A stretch of DNA of 64,000 bases from Eledone cirrhosa (Eukaryota): the NCBI GenBank assembly GCA_964016885.1, contig OZ024742.1:142724001-142788000 (forward strand), written 5' to 3'. The notes under the pieces are model-generated. The model searched no databases, was not told the origin of the DNA, and saw only the letters and a program-made list of their open reading frames with translations. Below are positions 25,749-38,688 of the stretch, piece by piece. How positions within the stretch are numbered: the stretch's first letter is position 1; every line of letters begins with the position of its first letter. Position numbers and translations under genes: made by a program.

Positions 25749-28700
25749 TTAGCTCCTTTATAACTGATAATTAAATAATGGAATTCTTTAAGATCTCTTC
25801 TTCTTTAAAAGACATACCTTTACCTAGAAATAAGGACTATCTTAAACAACTTATTGAGAAATCGGACTCCTTTATAAGAAGACTCAGATGGCGTGCTTTT
25901 CATTTTGATAGAAAATCAGATGAAAAACCAAATAAATCCAACTTCAATATGATCTTCAAATCCAAGAAAAATCCACCTAGCAACAAATTATTAATGGAAT
26001 TTGAAAATGAAATTATTTCAATCATACAAAACATTAAATTCAAGAAAAACCAATTTGTAGGCCAGGAATACCTTAAAGGCCTTAAGAATAATATAGAAAA
26101 TCTTGAAAGAACTGAAAAAATTCTTGTTAAATCTGACAAAACCAACAATCTATATGGAATGCAAAAGGACGAGTGTAATAATCTTATATTGAAGGAATTA
26201 AGGAAAAACTACAAGAGAGCAACCAATGATGACCTTGAAAGGTTAAATAGAGAAGCTTCTAATATAATTCAAAAATTAGGCATCGAAAATAGGACTGAAC
26301 CCTTTATACCTAGAAAACCAAAAATTAATTTGAAAGACCACAAAAGAAACTTTGAAATAGAATTACCAGTTAGATTTATAGCACCATCTAAATCAGACCT
26401 AGGCATAGTGAGTAAAAATATATTAGATAGAATCATACCGCAACTTAAAGAAATATCTTACTTAAAATTATGAAATGGGACTAATGAAGTTATAGATTGG
26501 TTTAAGGACATAAAATATAAGCATAACAAAAAATTCATTCAATTGGATATTGCTAATTACTACTCATCTATCACTCCTAATTTACTTAATAAAGCCCTTA
26601 TATATGCATCTAAATATACTAATCTATCTAGCGATGAAATGCATATCATTTTAACTGCACATAAAACCTTAATTAAATTTAACAACCATCTTTGGACTAG
26701 AGCAGATAGGGATAACAATTTTGATATCACTATGAGGTCATCGGATTCGGCGCAATTAACGGATCTTGTGGGGCTTTTTATTAACAATGCATTACATAGA
26801 AAACTACCGGAGATGACCGGTGGTTTATATCGTGATGATATGCTGTTGCTAATTGAAAATAGTCATAATTATGAAATCAATAGAAAAAGAAAATCAATAA
26901 TACAATTTTTTAATAGCTTTAATCTTAAGTTAGAAATAGAGAATAATTATAAAATAGTTAACTTTTTAGATGTAACATTAAACCTTAATACTGGGCTATA
27001 CTATCCATTTCATAAAATCAATGAGAATTTAAATTATGTTAACTTTAACTCTAATCACCCTAGATCTGTTAAGAACACCATCGTAAATTCCATACAGCAA
27101 CGTATTTCTAGAATCTCAGCGAATAAAAAATATTTGAATATAAGGCACAATATTATAACGAAGCTTTAAGTAGAGCAGGCTATAATAAGGACATTAAATA
27201 CATCGACAATAATGATACGTCAATTAACCATAATTATAATTATAATTATAATAAGAAACCTAGCACAAACTCTAAAACTAAAAGAAGAAATAGAACTAGA
27301 AACATAATTTGGTACGCTCCCCCTTTCTCAATAAGTATTAGCTAAACTATTTTTTAAAACTCTTGATAATTGTTTTCCCAAGACACATAGATATTATTCA
27401 ATCTTTAACAGACATACAATTAAACTATCATACTCTACTACTGTGAATTTAGTACAGAATATAAATAGAATCAATAATAGAAATCTAAACCTTAACCAGA
27501 TTAGTATTAATACATCTAGCAATATCCAATATAATAAGACTGTTCCCAATAATTTAAATTCTGATAATTGTAATTGTAGAATTAAATCTATGTCCTTTAA
27601 AAAATAACTGTTTAGTTAAAAATGTGATTTATAAATGCAATGTCAAAACTAATTATAATTCTTTTAACTATGTTGGCTCTACTTCTACAGACTTCAAATC
27701 GCGTTTCAATAACCATAAATGTTCGTTTAGGAATATTGGTAAAAAAATTTCAATTTCTCTATCCAACTTATTATGAAACTTAAAATTCAAGAATATAAAC
27801 TATTCTTTATCTTGGAATATTGTTTCTAAAGCACCTGCCTACACAAACACAGCTTTATCCAAATTTTGCAACTTATGTGTTGAAGAAATATTCTTTATAC
27901 TTAAATGTAAGAACTCCATTAATTTGCGTAATAATTTATTTAGTTCTTTTAAATATATATGTAATTACACGTTTAATTTTCCCTACATAATGTTTACTCT
28001 ATCCAAACACCTATAATCTCATTTCTTAAATTATATCCATATATGTTCAGAAATTTAATCTAATTTTAATATCTTTTACTTCGTAAATATATATATAATA
28101 CACTTCTTAAATCTCTAATTTACTTCTTAAAACCTTTACTTTCTAATATTTCTACCTCATAAATATATTTTTACTATCTTTTGTAAACTCTCGTAATTTG
28201 TCGTAATCTTTGTAATTTTTCTAAGTATTTAAGATTTGACTTACAACCGATAATAAATTCTAGTTAAATATATTTTCGTCAAACTTATCCCATAATAACT
28301 AATAAATAAACAAAACTGGATTCTCAATATTTTCCCAATGTAAAACTATCATCTATAACATGACATACCCATATATTCTTATTAATATATTTTAATATAT
28401 TTTAAACACATCTTTATTATAATATATTTTTTAATTTAACATTATTTTAAATTTAACATTATTTTCAATTTATCAAAATTTTTAATTTATCATTATTTAT
28501 ACCATAAAAGAACGATATATTTACGATTTACGTACTCATCCCTTGATAAGCTTATTTCTTCGCTGGTTCTTCCTTAATTTTTCCCTCTTTCTTTCTCCCT
28601 TTTTTCTTCTCTCTTTCTTCTCTGTTTTTTCTCTTTTTTTCTTTTTCTTTTTTTCTTCTCTCTTCCTCTTTCTTCTCTGTTTTTTCTCTCTCTTCTTCCA

Positions 28701-28960
28701 ACAGTATAATTTAAATAAACCGTTGTTTTTTCAACTCTTTCTGACATTCATTTGCATACTCACACATAACTTTAAATTACCCTAAATAAAAAATGTTTTC
28801 CACTATCCAGAGAACCTTCAATGTTATTTTTCCGCGGGTATCTCAACATTTATAAAACAAATTTTGTATTTTATCTGATGAAAGCGCACCAAAATTTGGT
28901 TGCCCTTGAAATATATATAATAAAATAATTATGGTTTTATAAATATAGTTTCCATTTATT
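25672..28960 (+). mobile_element. Near-full-length Penelope-like element (Naiad-type) with a disrupted RT + GIY-YIG ORF (~25778-27960)
   Basis: FIRRLRWRA, VKSDKTNNLY, LKDHK.NF, FIQLDIANYYSSI, FDITM.S.D.A...DLVGL, GLYRDD, VNFLDVTLNL, SNHP; then CNC...CPL..NCLVKNVIYKC...YVGST..FKSRFNNH...CNLC. In-frame TGA at 26471 and frameshifts from ~27130. Hammerhead at the 3' end. Confidence 0.92.
28867..28927 (+). ncRNA. Minimal type I hammerhead ribozyme (Penelope-associated)
   Basis: Helix I TATTTTAT/ATAAAATA (8 bp, perfect); CTGATGA at 28875-28881; helix II AAG.GCA.CCAA / TTGG.TGC.CTT; GAAA at 28908-28911; palindromic TATATA helix III; UA cleavage site at 28918-28919. Confidence 0.85.
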
Positions 28961-28989
28961 AATATATTGTATATATTTATTAATATATT

Positions 28990-29630
28990 GTATGATTTTT
29001 AATGCGATGAAATACCCATGATCGTTTGGTAAATCACTGATGAGGGACTCATTTTATAACATGTTATCCATGTGCAGCCAGCAGTATTCTTCTTACCCAT
29101 ATTTTCATATATTTACCCAAACTGCAATTCTGTGTTTCTCTCTTACTGCTCCCTCGTTCTCTCTGTTTCTCTTACTTTCTTTCGTCCCCTCTGCCATGTC
29201 AGTTAACTCTTTCTCTCTACTGACCTCTTCCTCGCACTCCCACTCACTTAGTCCCTGTTTCTCCCCTTCTTTCTTCCTCCCGTTCGCTGGGAAAACGGTT
29301 TTCATTCTTTCTAACACTGGATTCACTAGCGAAAGGTCTGTTTTCTGACTCGCTCATATATTCACACAGCTTATGCTGAAAGAATAACTATGTTGCTTGT
29401 GTTTATTTCCATCTTCGGTTAGCTTCCCCCTGTGTTGTTTACTTGTCTCACTCGCTTTACGCGTTTCTATTGTCCTAATAACTTATTTTAGTTATTATCG
29501 CTCCAACGTGAGGTATATGATTTTTAATGCGATCAAATACCCATGATCGTTTGGTAAATCACTGATGAGGGACTCATTTTATAACATGTTATCCATGTGC
29601 AACCAGCAGTATTCTTCTCACCCATATTTT
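28990..29630. repeat. ~115-bp direct repeats (28990-29105 and 29516-29630) flanking a ~410-bp CT-rich spacer
   Basis: tatgatttttaatgcgat(g/c)aaatacccatgatc...cccatatttt occurs twice with about 3 differences. Confidence 0.85.
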
Positions 29631-29656
29631 TTTAAATGAATTTTATTTCAATCATA

Positions 29657-30797
29657 TCTATCTATATAAAACAGAGGATGTCTGTCTGTGTAAATCCCTA
29701 AAACGAGAGAAGTACCCGACCGATTATTTTCAAACTTTACACATGCGTTACTTATATTTCTTGAAGTGCAATGGGCTAAAACAATTTTAACTTTTTCTGC
29801 CCTAGGGCTTGCATTAGGCGAAAAACCGCATTTTTTAGGCTTTTTTTAGGCGTAACTTAAAGATAATCCAGCTGATTTTCTCGAAATTTGCAGCACACAT
29901 TAGTTAGTCCCCTCGAATTTTGTGGACAAAAAAAATTTCCGATTCCATTGATGGTTTCTAGGAAATTTACGAATTAGCATTTTCATTTTCAATATAAACG
30001 CTACTTAAACATCGTAAGTAGCGTATAATATTTCGTTAAAAATTTGGTTTATTTAACAGAGGACACAACACTTACTTAATTTTAAGCAGGACTATTTTCG
30101 GGGGATTGAGGAAATGGGGAGGACCTTAAAATTTTTGTCGGCGCCCTGTTGACGTTTCGTGCTTTCATCACGCGCAAATCCGGGCCCTGTGTACATTGCT
30201 GTGTTATTGACACCGTAAAACTCACGTCTGTGCTACTTCTACTAAGACCCCTTTTGTTGCACCTACACTGCAGTATGAACGACCTGCGCAAGTACGCCGA
30301 ACAGCGGTTGTGCTAATTCCGCGGTGACCCCTTTCGTCGCACCTTTGTTGCTGTGTAAACGCAGTGTAACCAGTGCCGCCCAGCGTTTGTGCTAATTGCA
30401 CTATGACCCCCTTCTGCTGCAGCTGCGTTGCCACGCTGATTTCGTCATCTCAATATCCCTACTTAAACGTACATCCCTACTTGGTTTCCACACAATTGAC
30501 TACGTCGCTCCTTCAGAGTGACGTGTCTTCCCCATCGGTGACGTAATTCGTGAACAGACTTACGACATACAACGCTCCACAACACTTACTTACTCCTTTC
30601 ACATACAGGATTTCAGCAATCAGCCCACTAACACTGCTACTACTGGATTCGGCCTGCTGGTGTTCTACGTTTCCTGTAGATGAACAATCATTCCCTGAGA
30701 ATAAGGGAATTCAAAAAGTACACAGCTACATTCCTTTGCATATGCGTGTTGCTATTTCACGTTTCCTACCCCGTGCAACGCCGGGTCCTGCTGCTAG
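29657..30797 (+). mobile_element. Complete non-autonomous Helitron (~1.14 kb)
   Basis: 5' A|TCTATCTATATAAAA...tgtctgtctgtg; subterminal hairpin CCCG-TGCAACGC-CGGG (30770-30785); 3' CTAG|T; inserted between A and T with no TSD. Confidence 0.88.
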
Positions 30798-30887
30798 TTA
30801 TACCATAAATCAATTCAAATATGCTTTAAACAGGCTAAAATCCATATTATGCAGAGAAGTTCTGGGAGCAACTACTACTGCTAGCTG

Positions 30888-31625
30888 CAAAAAGGTTTTT
30901 CCCTCAAAATGAAAGGCAGACTGTATGATGCATGCATACGAACAGCAATGTTGCATGGTAGTGAGACCTGGGCGTTGTGTGCAGAAGACTTGTGTAGATT
31001 AGAAAGAAATGAAGCTTGCATGCTCTGATGCATGAATAATAGTAATATATACAAGCGGCAAAGTATAAAGAATTGAGAGAGAGACTAAGCATAAGAGGAA
31101 TCAAATGCTGTGTGCAGGAGAGGAGATTACGTTGGTATGGACATGTGATGCGTATGAAGGATGACAGCTGCATAAAATGGTGCTGAGCACTAAAAGTCAA
31201 TGGACGCCTTGGAGTGGGGAGACACAAAAAGACCTGGGATGAGGTGATACAAGCTGATCTTTCCCAATTGCACCTCTCAAAGGCAATGACTCAGGCATTA
31301 TGATCTCTGGCATTATGTAGTAATACAGAAGACCCGACTTCCCACGCGTACAAGCCGAAGCTGAAGCATATGGACAGTATTCCCCAACCCCTCTCCCAAT
31401 GTAAAGTGGTCGTGTAGGTGTAATGACAAAAAAGCACCAAGTCCACACAGTGAAGAAGTTGTGTAGGTGTCACAACAAAAAGCACCTAGTACTCACTGTA
31501 AATGAGGTTGGTGTTAGGAAGGGTATCCAGCTGTAGAATTCAAGCCAAAATCAGTCCTGTATGAGCAAGACATGGTCACTTAACCTGGCATTGCCCACAA
31601 GACAACCCATCTAACCCATTGCTAG
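30888..31625 (+). mobile_element. Degenerate RTE LINE 3' portion with UTR
   Basis: LKMKGRLYDACIRTAMLHGSETW, ERRLRWYGHV with stops; shared RTE tail motif at ~31490-31545. Confidence 0.88.
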
Positions 31626-31875
31626 GACCTCCAGATGGACAATAACTGGGACGAGGTGACCCAGAAATAGGCTGAGAGAAAGCTATCCCGGAAAGGTCAT
31701 GCAGAGGTGGCGAATGCATACATCGCGTCTGTCATCTACTACCACCTGACTATCATGCCTTGTCCTAAGCCTCGTCTGCCTGCACGTGAGCATTTGCTCT
31801 TTTGCTTTTTGTGGAAAAGACACACTTCAATGGTCAGGGGGTCCATCTGCTGTCAACACCTGCTACATGGAGGAC
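31626..31875 (+). mobile_element. Tx1/L1-clade RT C-terminal fragment
   Basis: RKLSRKGHAEVANAYIASVIYYHL...LLFCFLWK...CCQH..HGGL fits the L1/Tx1 LS..GR.....N.......Y...F.FLW.....GGL pattern. Confidence 0.7.
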
Positions 31876-32085
31876 TTCTTTTTTACGACAACAATGTCAG
31901 GTTTTCTAGTCACATTGAAATGGTTGCAAGGGATGGTCAAGACCCACAAAATCTTATATTGTTCATTTTCAGCAACTCTTTCTGGTTGGTGCTGATACAA
32001 TTTCTCACTTCTGCTAATGCCATACTTATGACAGAGCTTCCAGTGAACCAATCTGGCAATGTTGTCATGCCTTCTCTTGTACTCT
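31876..32085 (-). mobile_element. R4/Dong-clade RLE endonuclease fragment
   Basis: YKRRHDNIARLVHWKLCHKYG...ENEQYKILW...RKPDIVVV. Confidence 0.85.
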
Positions 32086-33374
32086 TACAGGGTTGATAAA
32101 ATAAAGTACCAGTAACTCACTGGGGTCGATTTAATTGACTTTCCTCATCCCTTCAAATTACTGGCCTTGTGCCTAATGTAGAAATCATTATTATTGTAAA
32201 CCCCTATCCCCCCACCACTTCACAATTGCATTTCATGTCTGTGTAATTAAAAAAATAATAATAAATATTTTAAAAATTCAATATGTAAATAATAAATTTA
32301 CAAAGTCAACCAACCCTTGCAAGCTCTGAATAAATAGAGGAAAATTGCTTGTAAACTATTGATAAAAAGGTCACAATTCATCTTGGAGCCAGAATTTAGG
32401 TCATTTATTGATTATTCAACATTTAAAAATCAAATATCATGTCATTTATATTTATATATTTATATAATGATTACTAACAGCAAGTAAAAATAATTGTTTC
32501 TACTTTAGGCACAAAGCCAGCAAATTACCCAGTACATTACTGGTACTTTATTTTATCGACCCCGTAAGGATGAAAGGCAAAGTTAACCTTGGCGGGATAG
32601 TAAAAATAATAAGAACTTGTGGTATATGCTTTATCCATTACTTTAATCCTTTTGATACTAACCTGCTTGAAACAAGTCTCTGGTTTTATAATACTAGGCT
32701 GTTTCATCATCATCATTTAACAAACATTTTTTTGTGCTTCCAAGGGTTAGACGGGCTGTCACGTTATGAGACAAGTCAGGTTTGGAAACCAACATGCTCA
32801 TATAGAACTGTATTTTGGCTGAGTTTCTATGACAGGATGTCCTTCCTAACATGTCAGTTTGAGTGCATGTGTGTGTTTTTGAATGCATATGTGGATGTGT
32901 ATGTGTTTGCGTGTGTGTATGTACCTGAATGTATGTATGTGTATCATCATCATCATCATTTTATTTTACGCCCGCTTTTTCCCTGCTTGCAAGGGTGGGA
33001 CGGGAACTGATTCTGGCTTGATTTCTACAGCTGGATGCCCTTCCTAACACCAACCTCATTTACAGTGAGTGCTGGGTGCTTTTTTGCCGTGGCACCTCCA
33101 CGACCATTTTGCAGTGGAATGATAGGGACCCCAGTCCCTATCATCTCATTTCTACAGCTGAGTAAACTGGAGCAATGTGAAATAAAGTGTCTTGCTCAAG
33201 GAAACAACACATCACGTGGGCTGAGAATTGAACTCACAACCTTTCGATTGCAAAGCCAATGCTCTAACCACTAAGCCATGTGCCTCCCTATGTATGTATA
33301 TGTGTTTGTTATTTCCTTTAAATTTTAAGAAGTAAAATCTCTATAAGAAATAATAAAAACAAGGAGTTTGAAAT

Positions 33375-33575
33375 GATTTCTGATTTTAGGCACTAGGCCA
33401 GCAATTCTGGGGAGGGGAAAGTCGATTAAATGGACCCTAGTGCATGACTGGTACTTTATTTTATCAACCCCATAATGATGAAAGGCAAAGCTAACCTCGA
33501 CGGGATTTGAACTCAGAACTCTCTGCCACGAAGCGCAGTGTCCGATGCTCTATCTATACTGCCAATCCACCGCCC
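33375..33575 (-). mobile_element. SINE family A, full length
   Basis: Reverse complement of the 18715-type copy; tttgaaat duplicated on both flanks. Confidence 0.88.
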
Positions 33576-35194
33576 TTTGAAATAATAAAGTCACACTGAA
33601 ATTATTAGCATCTATCCCACCTCCTTTTCAACTTCAGCTTCATGGACCTTGGTGTATCCCTAGTTCCTAAAATCCATTTCCATCACTGGTTGGGTGGGAA
33701 CTACATTTATGAGGGTTGCAAGAAACATGTGGCTTATAGGTCAAATGTTTGACACCCCTAGATTGGAATGATCCTCCGTTTCACAAATGTAACAATGAAA
33801 TTAGTGTGTAAGTGGCTGAGCATTCCACAAACATGTGTAGCCTTAACGTAGTTCTTCAGGAAAATATGACATGGTTTGATCTTTGAATTACAGGTAGAGT
33901 CCATTCGAGAGGCTTCCAAACAGTTTCCATCTACCTAAACTCACTCACAAGGCACAGATCGATTCTAAGATATGGTAAATAACACTTGCTGAAGATGCTA
34001 TGCAGTGGGATCAAACCTGGAACAGAATTATTGTGAAGCAAACTTCTTAACCATTTGGCTATGTTGCCACCTCCACTTTAGACTTGAGACTGAACAATAG
34101 AGACTAAACAATAACAACAATTAGCTTTATTTTCACCAACAACAGTGGTCATATTTCCTCATAGTTTTCTGAAACCCTGATGCTCTTTACTAATGAGTTG
34201 ACTGAGGCTGGTCTCAAAAAGCCCTTGTATCCATGATACAATTGTTTTGAGATAATAGAAGGCTTGACCAACTACAAAACGAAATCAATGTTACAAGTCT
34301 ATTATGATCTATCGTCTCTTATTGCATAAGGAGAAGAATTGACTTGCCTGCAACAAGCATTTTGAAGCCATTTTCCCTGTTAAAGCAGGGATTAGCCTTG
34401 CAGACCGCATGACAAACTTCTCCACTTTCCTTCATTGTCTGCATCAGCCGTCTGGCTTTTATTTCTCTTCCATCATCTTTAGCTATGTCATTCTTGGTCT
34501 TCCCCTTCCTCATTCATTTCCATTAGTTCTTTCACCCAGTCATTTTCACCCTTCAACACATGACACAACCATCTCATTTCATTTTTTTTTAAATAATATT
34601 CAACACAGCTTCTATTCCTCTCAACCTCTGCAATTCATTATTTATCTTCCTCTTCTTCAGCAGTACTCCACTCAACCACCAAAGCACTCACATCCTCATA
34701 GACATGTACCTCAGTTCTCAGATATATTTTAACACGGTGACAGAAATGTGAAGTGTGATATTCATAGCTTCCATACTTTTGCGAGTTGATAGAAATGAGT
34801 TTGCATTAATAACGAATTAAAAAACTAGGTCATAAAGTATTACTTGTGTCAGAAATTCTTACCTTCTAATCTATGGTGTTTGCTATACAGCTATATTTTA
34901 ACATCTGCAAACACATCTGAGCTTTTATACAAATCTGTGTGATATCATATACAAACAAACATAGTAACACTTGTGACTCCTATGTACTGAATGTGTGTGC
35001 ATGTATATGTGTGTTATGTTGTAAATGTGTGTGTGCATGTGTATATGTGTGTGTGTGTGTGTACATGTGTCAGCATATATACACATTTATGTATGCATGT
35101 GCATCTGTCTCTGTGTACGAATATGTTTATATGCATATAGTCAACTAGTAACATCTGTGACACACACACACACACATATATATATATTTATATA

Positions 35195-36846
35195 GCTAAA
35201 AGTAAACCCCTCTACTTAGCTTTTGTAGACCTGGAGAAAGCCTTTGACAGAGTCCCTCACTCCATTATCTGGTGGGCTCTTAGAAAACTAGGTGTAGATG
35301 AATGGCTGGTGAGAGCTATACAAGCCATGTATAAAGAAATAGTCAGCAAGGCTAGAATTAACAATGAATATAGTGAAGAATTTAGTGTAAAAGTTGGTGT
35401 TCATCAAGGCTCTGTCCTTAGCCCCCTCCTATTTATTATTTCCCTTCAAGCTATAACAGAGGAGTTTAAGACCGGCTTCCCATGGGAACTCCTATACGCA
35501 GATGATCTAACTCTCATAGCTGAATCTATGGCTGAATTAGAGAAGAAATTCCAAACATGGAAGCATGGCCTAGAATCAAAAGGCCTTAAAGTTAACTTGT
35601 CTAAGACTAAAGTTCTAGTTTGTAAAAAGGAAAATAGGGCACAGGTACCCTCTGGGAAATAGCCATGCTCAGTGTGTAGGAAAGGAGTAGGTAGAAATTC
35701 CATTTTATGTCCCAAATGCAAACTATGGGTACATAAAAGATGTAGTGGGATCACAGGTAAACTATCTAAGAACGTAGATTTTATATGTGGCCGATGCTCA
35801 GGTGCAATAAGTAGCAAGTGCCCACAGGATACTAGCTCCTTTTATTGCCCAGATGGTTCTATAGAAATAGTGGACACTTTCCGTTACCTGGGTGACAAAA
35901 TCAGCAGTGATGGAGGGTACTCTGAAAGTACAGTAGCCAGAGTCAGAACGGGATGGAAAAAGTTCATACTGCTGTTGACCACAAAAGGTCTCTCTCTAAA
36001 AATGAAAGGCAGATTGTATGATGCTTGTATACGAACACCAATGCTACATGGCAGTGAGACATGGGCATTGTGTGCAGAGGACCTACGCAGACTGGAAAGG
36101 AATGAAGCATGCATGCTCCGTTGGATGTGTAATGGTAATATGTGCGAACGGCAAAACATAAATGATCTAAGTGAGAAATTAGGAATAAGAGGGATCAGAT
36201 GCTGTTTACTCGAGAGAAGACTACGTTGGTATGGTCATGTGATGCGAACGAAAGACGACAGCTGTATAAAAAAGTGCAGGGCGATCAAAATTGATGGAAG
36301 TTATGGAATAGGTAGACCCAGTAAAACCTGGGACAATTTGATAAATTCCGACCTTACACACTTGCACCTCTCTAAGACAATGTCACTGGACTGACATCTT
36401 TGGTGCGACGCAGTAATACAGAAGACCCGCTTTGCCTATGTACAAAGCGAAACCTACAGTCAGTAGGCACCTCTTAACCAAATATACACCCCAATCCACT
36501 ACCCCTACTCCATCCTCCCACTCCCACCAACACCACCCTTTCTCTGTAAAGTTGGTACCACAACATCCAGTCCAAATAAATGAAATAATGAAATCGAGAT
36601 CATGTAGGTGTCACAACAAAAAAACACACAGTCCACGCTGTAATGTGGCCGTGTAGGTAACACGGTAAAAACCTCCCAGTCCACACTGTAAACGTGGTTG
36701 GTGTTAGGAAGGGCATCCAGCCGTAGAAAACCTGGCAGATAGTCCTATACGAGCGAGACACAGTCACCCGACAAACCTTGCCTCAAATTGGGACAACTCC
36801 CGTCTAACCCATGCTAGCGTGGAAGATAGACGTTAAACGATGATGA

Positions 36847-36850
<4 letters not shown>
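35195..36850 (+). mobile_element. 5'-truncated RTE LINE, second subfamily with long 3' UTR; RT + PHD-like finger; nonsense mutation at 35660
   Basis: LAFVDLEKAFDRVP, GVHQGSVLSP, YADD, C..C...C..C...H..C...C..C, RLRWYGHV; (TGA)n tail; (TA)n flanks. Confidence 0.95.
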
Positions 36851-36900
<50 letters not shown>

Positions 36901-37491
36901 ACTGGTAATGGCTACTTTTCTAAGGAAGAGAATTCAATGTAGTAGAGTGTATATTTTATTGAAGGAATACAAACATTAAACTTCCTTAGTTACTAACCGG
37001 TTTCATGATTTCCAGAGTATACTGGATGCATTTTATTGTGAGACCAGCATTTACCATGTTGCCATGCCTTTGACCCTTGACACAACAGAACAACAGAAGA
37101 ATCCTCTTGACCCTGTGTGTGTGTGTATATATATAGATATATATATATATAGGAAAATTAACAAAAGGAAGAGAAGAAAACAAATGAAAAGGCAAAACTT
37201 AAAACAATTTTTTTAAGGGGAAACTTTAAAAAATAATTTTTTGAAAATAAAAATACAAACGAAAGACACAACTCCAAGGTCATCGGCTGTTGAGTTGGAC
37301 TTTGGTGGTTTCAACCCCTACCAACGGTACTGCTGGTCAAACACAAGCCAAAGCCCTGTCCAGTGGAGTAAGAGACGAGACAAAACAATAACTTATATCA
37401 ATTAATTACCATCATCATCACTGTTTAATGTCTATTTGCCATGCTTGCATGGGTTAGCTGGATTGTCACGTTCTTTAGACTAATCAAGTGA

Positions 37492-37550
<59 letters not shown>

Positions 37551-37911
37551 CATCATCATCATCATCATCGTTTAACGTCTATCTTCCACGCTAGAAGGGT
37601 ATTGTCCCACTTGAGGCAAGATTGAACGGGTGACCGTGTCTTACTCGTATAGGACTGTATCTGGCAGGTTTTCTACAGCTGGATGCCCTTCCTAACACCA
37701 ACCACATTTATATATATATATATATAAGCATCTATCTATCATATATATATAGTGTGTATGTATATTTAGGGTAGTTATCGATGGTGAATAGAAGAATACT
37801 GGTCTTGTTTATGTACAATATTCTATGTACTATACATGCACCTTTGATGAGTTGCAGTGCACCTCAGCACTGTACACAATAATTTTCATTATCATTATCA
37901 TATATATATAT

Positions 37912-37980
37912 ATAGCTCAGTCAATAGAGCATTGGACTTTTAATCCGAAGGTTGAGGGTTCAGGTACATCTATGGGTGCA
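37912..37980 (+). pseudogene. tRNA-Lys(TTT)-derived pseudogene or SINE head
   Basis: atagctcagtcaatagagcattggactTTTaatccgaaggttgagggttcagg follows eukaryotic tRNA-Lys(UUU); the acceptor stem 5' strand is lost and the D/T loops are mutated. Confidence 0.8.
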
Positions 37981-38259
37981 ACCAATATGTGTAGTACTGG
38001 TACCATGATAAAAAGTACTGGGTCTACCCTACAAAGTATTAGTCAGGATAAGATGCTCTCTGTACATGCTGTTGGTATTAGGGAGGGCATCCAGCAGTAG
38101 AAACCAAGTCAAGAACAGAGGATTTGAGGAAAACATAATTGCCTGACCAGTCTGACCTCAGTGTGACAGCAAGTCTTAATCATGCAAACATAGAAAAATC
38201 AACATTAAACAGTGGTGACAATGATGATATATATATTAATTCTTTGGGTTTTGTTTTAG

Positions 38260-38312
38260 TTTCCGATGAATCTATTATGGATGATGAAGAACTTTTGTAC
38301 AGAGTTTGTGAG
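38260..38312 (+). CDS. SLC4A11: SLC4A11-like transporter, probable short N-terminal exon (SDESIMDDEELLYRVCE)
   Basis: ttgttttag acceptor and GAG|gtaatt donor; 53 nt, phase 1 in, phase 0 out; joins in frame to the exon at 39497. Homology is weak, so support is mainly splice signals and phase. Confidence 0.6.
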
Positions 38313-38431
38313 GTAATTGACAGAACTTTTTCCAAGTCTTTCTCATCAGCCCACCCATCACTCTTGATCCCCCCCCCCAAAAAAAAAATATGTTAATGAC
38401 ACTACACATTCTCTGTTGGTTGGTCAGTTAA

Positions 38432-38688
38432 CCCTTTTGATACCAGACCACCCAAAACCGCCCCTAATTCTAAGATACAAAGCTGTTTATCTTTAAATGT
38501 TTTTTATTTATCTAAAAACCTTCTCTCATAATTTTATGTAAGAACCTTTCTTAAGTTATCTTCCAAATACCAGCTTAATAATGATAATATTAGTTATTTT
38601 ACTAGATTTTGCTAAATTCTTGAATATTTTCAAAATTAATTGGAAATCACAGGCAGTGCCTTTCATTTGAAATATGTCATCAAAAGGG
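38432..38688 (+). mobile_element. piggyBac-type MITE
   Basis: TTAA|CCCTTTTGAT ... ATCAAAAGGG|TTAA (perfect 10-bp TIR). Confidence 0.9.

Noticed and set aside
26471-26473. In-frame TGA in the Naiad-type ORF as possible selenocysteine (some Naiads encode selenoproteins)
   Set aside because: This TGA and the one near 27774 fall at apparent Trp positions (LKL-W, L-W-NLK), not Cys positions, and the ORF also has frameshifts; simple TGG>TGA decay.
37912-37980. Functional tRNA-Lys gene
   Set aside because: Acceptor stem incomplete, D-loop GG and T-loop mutated, no poly-T terminator.
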